64,000 nt of DNA from Monocercomonoides exilis PA203. Lineage: Eukaryota; Protista; Preaxostyla. The translations under genes were made by a program, and so were the position numbers. The notes beneath the pieces were generated by a model that made no database searches, was not told where the DNA came from, and was given only the letters and a program-made list of their open reading frames with translations. Below are positions 59,824-64,000 of the stretch, piece after piece; within the stretch, counting starts at the first letter, position 1, and each line of letters starts with the position of its first letter. The DNA is taken from NCBI GenBank assembly GCA_001643675.2, contig LSRY02000028.1:1157068-1221067 (forward strand), written 5' to 3'.

Positions 59824-61047
59824 CTAAAAAAAAAAATTATTAATCATCATGTAAAATAGTAAAAGAAGAGGAGGGCCCAGGAATAGAACCGGAGGCGCCA
59901 TCACTACCACGTGGTTCATTACCGGTTCCACCACTGACCTCCTCGTTATCTTCTTCCATTGAAATTGAGTAGGTAAAGGACCTGCAGGTCCAGGTTCTCC
60001 AACAGGTTGGTAAAGTTTACTATCAGCATCTGTCAAATTCATACCTGTAGTATATCTATAATAACCTATTTGATCGTACTTAACCCTAACAGTTAAATTC
60101 GGATCAGCACCACCAGATTCCCAAAGGTTATGAAACTTGTCTTCTGCACCAAAACCACCTATTAAATAGATAGTATAAAACCACCTATTAGTTTCTACAT
60201 CATTAGTATATCTATTCTCTAAATGCGGATAAATATTAAACTTAAACTGCGTAACCCAATTAGTATCCTCACTTACTCTTAACAATTTATCCAGATATAG
60301 CTGAACATTGTAGTTTGCACACCACATTCTTTTAAATCTCTTAACATAACCCGAAGTCAAAAGATAAGGTCTATTAAACATAGACCATAAATAATTACTA
60401 ATAGTAGGATTACTACCCCATTTCCTAAATACTAGAACTCTCACATATGCATGCGTATATGAACTAGGTTCTAATCCAGTAGATCCATATTTAGTAAATG
60501 CAAATAAAAAGTTATAATTTATCTTATAACACATATAATTAGTCTTAACATTATCTAACATAGAAGGCATAGACGAACTTACAGTTATAGTTGTAATAGA
60601 ATTACTAGGATATGTAATTTGTAACGTAGGTAGCATAGGCATATTATACACATAAAACACATCTGTTGAACTATAAACCTTACGATAATCAACAGGTCTA
60701 TTCTTGTACAACCAAGACAAATATCTATACTTCCTACGTCTATATCTACGTCTTCTCCTAATACGATTCTTTCTTCCTCCTCTCCTACGACGCCTAATTT
60801 TTAATCCAGTTCCTGTCTGCTTTATCTGTTTCCAATTTTGAACTCGTCCCTGACCACTAGCTCGAATAGCTTTATATAACTTATTCCTATGATACATTCC
60901 TCTTAACATATTAATACCAGCTTTAGCCCCTCTCCATAAATAATAATCACCTGTAAACTTACCAATTCTAGTAACTACAGGCTTAGCCCTATTCATAAAT
61001 CTCATTATTGATGCTGCTCTAGATGCGTACGGTACAATCGCTTGCAT
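59824..61047 (-). CDS. cap: Virus B capsid, copy 6, with a frameshifted C-terminus (1-nt deletion near 59968)
   Basis: GAAATTGAGT versus GAAATTGAAGT in the other copies. The tail changes after PAGPLPT. Confidence 0.8.
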   Translation of the reverse strand: MQAIVPYASRAASIMRFMNRAKPVVTRIGKFTGDYYLWRGAKAGINMLRGMYHRNKLYKAIRASGQGRVQNWKQIKQTGTGLKIRRRRRGGRKNRIRRRRRYRRRKYRYLSWLYKNRPVDYRKVYSSTDVFYVYNMPMLPTLQITYPSNSITTITVSSSMPSMLDNVKTNYMCYKINYNFLFAFTKYGSTGLEPSSYTHAYVRVLVFRKWGSNPTISNYLWSMFNRPYLLTSGYVKRFKRMWCANYNVQLYLDKLLRVSEDTNWVTQFKFNIYPHLENRYTNDVETNRWFYTIYLIGGFGAEDKFHNLWESGGADPNLTVRVKYDQIGYYRYTTGMNLTDADSKLYQPVGEPGPAGPLPTQFQWKKITRRSVVEPVMNHVVVMAPPVLFLGPPLLLLFYMMINNFFF

Positions 61048-61105
61048 CTTTATGAAGTGTCAAAAACGGAAATAAAAGATCAATATCTAGACATATGAAA
61101 TAAAA

Positions 61106-61558
61106 TTATGGCATAAATTGTTCCAATCTTTGCCTAGCATATCTAGGCCTTCCATAATACTCCTGAAACAAAGCAACATGATTATTAATTGCTTTATCAA
61201 ATAATGGCCTAATTCTTTTCATTAACATTCTAGTTCGTGCAGTTTTTTGTCTTTCTTCACTACCAACAACCCTAAGAAACCTAGGTCTCCTTCTATTCTT
61301 AATTCTCATAATTCGCCATATACTATTAAACTGTTCTATAACCTTTTCCCAAACACGGTCAACCTCATTCAAGTACCACCACATATTATTATACTGATGT
61401 TGCCAACACCTTGAACCCTCCGGAGCCCAGCTATAATTAACCTCTTCTTGATACGTCCATGCATCTATAGGATATATAAATCCAGCCCACCATCCTCGAT
61501 GTTTCCAATCAACAAGTGTAACTGACCTTGGCATATAGTTAGATCTAACCCTTAACAT
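61106..61558 (-). CDS. Virus B ORF3, 150-aa full-length allele (terminal copy)
   Basis: T6 allele; protein identical to 43752-44204. Confidence 0.75.
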   Translation of the reverse strand: MLRVRSNYMPRSVTLVDWKHRGWWAGFIYPIDAWTYQEEVNYSWAPEGSRCWQHQYNNMWWYLNEVDRVWEKVIEQFNSIWRIMRIKNRRRPRFLRVVGSEERQKTARTRMLMKRIRPLFDKAINNHVALFQEYYGRPRYARQRLEQFMP

Positions 61559-61564
61559 TAACCA

Positions 61565-61592
61565 TGACTCAGAAGTTGACTCAGAAGTTGCC
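61565..61592 (-). promoter_or_regulatory. Truncated seventh virus B origin (iterons and left stem arm only) abutting the telomere
   Basis: TGACTCAGAAGTTGACTCAGAAGTTGCC is followed by AGGTTAGGG instead of GGTAATACTA. Confidence 0.93.
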
Positions 61593-64000
61593 AGGTTAGG
61601 GTTAGGGTTAGGTTAGGGTTAGGGTTAGGGTTAGGGTTAGGGTTAGGGTTAGGGTTAGGTTAGGGTTAGGGTTAGGTTAGGGTTAGGTTAGGGTTAGGGT
61701 TAGGGTTAGGGTTAGGGTTAGGGTTAGGGTTAGGGTTAGGGTTAGGGTTAGGGTTAGGGTTAGGGTTAGGGTTAGGGTTAGGGTTAGGGTTAGGGTTAGG
61801 GTTAGGGTTAGGGTTAGGGTTAGGGTTAGGGTTAGGGTTAGGGGTTAGGGTTAGGGTTAGGGTTAGGGTTAGGGTTAGGGTTAGGTTAGGGTTAGGGTTA
61901 GGGTTAGGGTTAGGGTTAGGGTTAGGTTAGGGTTAGGGTTAGGGTTAGGTTAGGGTTAGGGTTAGGGTTAGGGTTAGGGTTAGGGTTAGGGTTAGGGTTA
62001 GGGTTAGGGTTAGGGTTAGGGTTAGGGTTAGGGTTAGGGTTAGGGTTAGGGTTAGGGTTAGGGTTAGGGTTAGGGTTAGGGTTAGGGTTAGGGTTAGGGT
62101 TAGGGTTAGGGTTAGGGTTAGGGTTAGGGTTAGGGTTAGGGTTAGGGTTAGGGTTAGGGTTAGGGTTAGGGTTAGGGTTAGGGTTAGGGTTAGGGTTAGG
62201 GGTTAGGGTTAGGGTTAGGGTTAGGGTTAGGTTAGGGTTAGGGTTAGGGTTAGGGTTAGGGTTAGGGGTTAGGGTTAGGGTTAGGGTTAGGGTTAGGGTT
62301 AGGGTTAGGGTTAGGGTTAGGGGTTAGGGTTAGGGTTAGGGTTAGGGTTAGGGTTAGGGTTAGGGTTAGGGTTAGGGTTAGGGTTAGGGTTAGGGTTAGG
62401 GTTAGGGTTAGGGTTAGGGTTAGGGTTAGGGTTAGGGTTAGGGTTAGGGTTAGGGTTAGGGTTAGGGTTAGGGTTAGGGTTAGGGTTAGGGTTAGGGTTA
62501 GGGTTAGGGTTAGGGTTAGGGTTAGGGTTAGGGTTAGGGTTAGGGTTAGGGTTAGGGTTAGGGTTAGGGTTAGGGTTAGGGTTAGGGTTAGGGTTAGGGT
62601 TAGGGTTAGGGTTAGGGTTAGGGTTAGGGTTAGGGTTAGGGTTAGGGTTAGGGTTAGGGTTAGGGTTAGGGTTAGGGTTAGGGTTAGGGGTTAGGGTTAG
62701 GGTTAGGGTTAGGGTTAGGGTTAGGGTTAGGGTTAGGGTTAGGGTTAGGGTTAGGGTTAGGGTTAGGGTTAGGGTTAGGGTTAGGGTTAGGGTTAGGGTT
62801 AGGGTTAGGGTTAGGTTAGGGTTAGGGTTAGGGTTAGGGTTAGGGTTAGGGTTAGGGTTAGGGTTAGGGTTAGGGTTAGGTTAGGGTTAGGGTTAGGGTT
62901 AGGGTTAGGGTTAGGGTTAGGGTTAGGGTTAGGGTTAGGGTTAGGGTTAGGGTTAGGGTTAGGGTTAGGGTTAGGGTTAGGGTTAGGGTTAGGGTTAGGG
63001 TTAGGGTTAGGGTTAGGGTTAGGGTTAGGGTTAGGGTTAGGGTTAGGGTTAGGGTTAGGGTTAGGGTTAGGGTTAGGGTTAGGGTTAGGGTTAGGGTTAG
63101 GGTTAGGGTTAGGGTTAGGGTTAGGGTTAGGGTTAGGGTTAGGGTTAGGGTTAGGGTTAGGGTTAGGGTTAGGGTTAGGGTTAGGGTTAGGGTTAGGGTT
63201 AGGGTTAGGGTTAGGGTTAGGGTTAGGGTTAGGGTTAGGGTTAGGGTTAGGGTTAGGGTTAGGGTTAGGGTTAGGGTTAGGGTTAGGGTTAGGGTTAGGG
63301 TTAGGGTTAGGGTTAGGGTTAGGGTTAGGGTTAGGGTTAGGGTTAGGGTTAGGGTTAGGGTTAGGGTTAGGGTTAGGGTTAGGGTTAGGGTTAGGGTTAG
63401 GGTTAGGGTTAGGGTTAGGGTTAGGGTTAGGGTTAGGGTTAGGGTTAGGGTTAGGGTTAGGGTTAGGGTTAGGGTTAGGGTTAGGGTTAGGGTTAGGGTT
63501 AGGGGTTAGGGTTAGGGTTAGGGTTAGGGTTAGGGTTAGGGTTAGGGTTAGGGTTAGGGTTAGGGTTAGGGTTAGGGTTAGGGTTAGGGTTAGGGTTAGG
63601 GTTAGGGTTAGGGTTAGGGTTAGGGTTAGGGTTAGGGTTAGGGTTAGGGGTTAGGGTTAGGGTTAGGGTTAGGAGGGTTAGGGTTAGGGTTAGGGTTAAG
63701 TGGGGTTAGGTTAGGGTTAGGGTTAGGGTTAGGGTTAGGGTTAGGGGTTAGGGTTAGGGTTAGGGTTAGTTAGGGTTAGGGTTAGGGTTAAGGGTTAGGG
63801 TTAGGTTAAGGTTAGGGTTAGGGTTAGGAAGGGTTAGGGTTAGGGTTAGGGTTAGGGGTTAGGGTTAGGGTTAGGGTTCAGGGTTAGGGTTAGGGTTAGG
63901 TTAGGGTTAAGGTTAGGTTAGTTAGGGTTAAGGTTAGATGTGGTTAGGGTTAGGGTTGGAGGCGAGGGTTGAAGGGCAAGGTTAGGGTTAGGTTAGGGTA
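61593..64000 (+). repeat. Telomeric (TTAGGG)n tract, ~2.4 kb, chromosome end
   Basis: G-rich strand runs 5'->3' toward the window end. Occasional TTAGG/TTAGGGG variants and a noisy last ~350 bp. Confidence 0.99.

Larger units (their letters stand above)
43579..61592. mobile_element. Head-to-tail tandem array of ~6.2 genomes of CRESS-DNA virus B (unit 2891-2893 bp)
   Basis: Near-identical units, each with an origin, Rep (+), and Cap and ORF3 (-). Nonanucleotides start at 44240, 47132, 50024, 52917, 55810 and 58703. A half origin lies at 61582-61592. Confidence 0.97.

Noticed and set aside
57860-59980. Cap frameshifts in copies 5 and 6 as a decay gradient toward the telomere
   Set aside because: They are single-base indels near the contig end, where consensus quality falls, and cannot be distinguished from sequencing error without reads.
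43579-61592. Helitron, plasmid, CRISPR or rDNA interpretation of the tandem array
   Set aside because: The unit has an SF3 helicase Rep, a capsid gene and a TAGTATTAC origin. There is no PIF1 helicase, repeat-spacer structure or rRNA similarity.
63650-64000. Variant telomere repeats at the extreme end
   Set aside because: The pattern fits low-coverage read-end noise.

Overview
This is the right-hand end of an AT-rich, intron-containing protist chromosome. Poly-Ser-rich genes, a multicopy helical gene family and a TTAGGG telomere suggest an oxymonad such as Monocercomonoides (inference, not shown directly). 1-36 kb holds host genes: a RasGAP-domain protein, a coiled-coil protein, a divergent DOCK-family GEF, an ATG16L-like WD40 protein, mannose-6-phosphate isomerase, a membrane-anchored pseudo-Fic protein and unknowns. 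There is a foldback MITE at ~9 kb. The subtelomere (38-40.5 kb) holds a complete Merlin/IS1595-type transposon with an 8-bp TSD and a pogo/Tc1-like MITE. From ~41.1 kb to the telomere the sequence is endogenous CRESS-DNA (circular Rep-encoding ssDNA) virus. One older, Rep-inactivated genome (virus A) is fused in frame, inside its capsid gene, to a head-to-tail array of ~6.2 near-identical 2.89-kb genomes of a related virus (virus B: Rep, Cap, Trp-rich ORF3, TAGTATTAC stem-loop origin). The array stops within 0-3 nt of the predicted Rep nick site of a seventh origin and is capped there directly by ~2.4 kb of (TTAGGG)n. The main candidate novel system is a telomere-capped, potentially reactivatable CRESS provirus array whose two ends record how it formed: recombination into a resident viral copy on the left, and a nick-site/telomere junction on the right.
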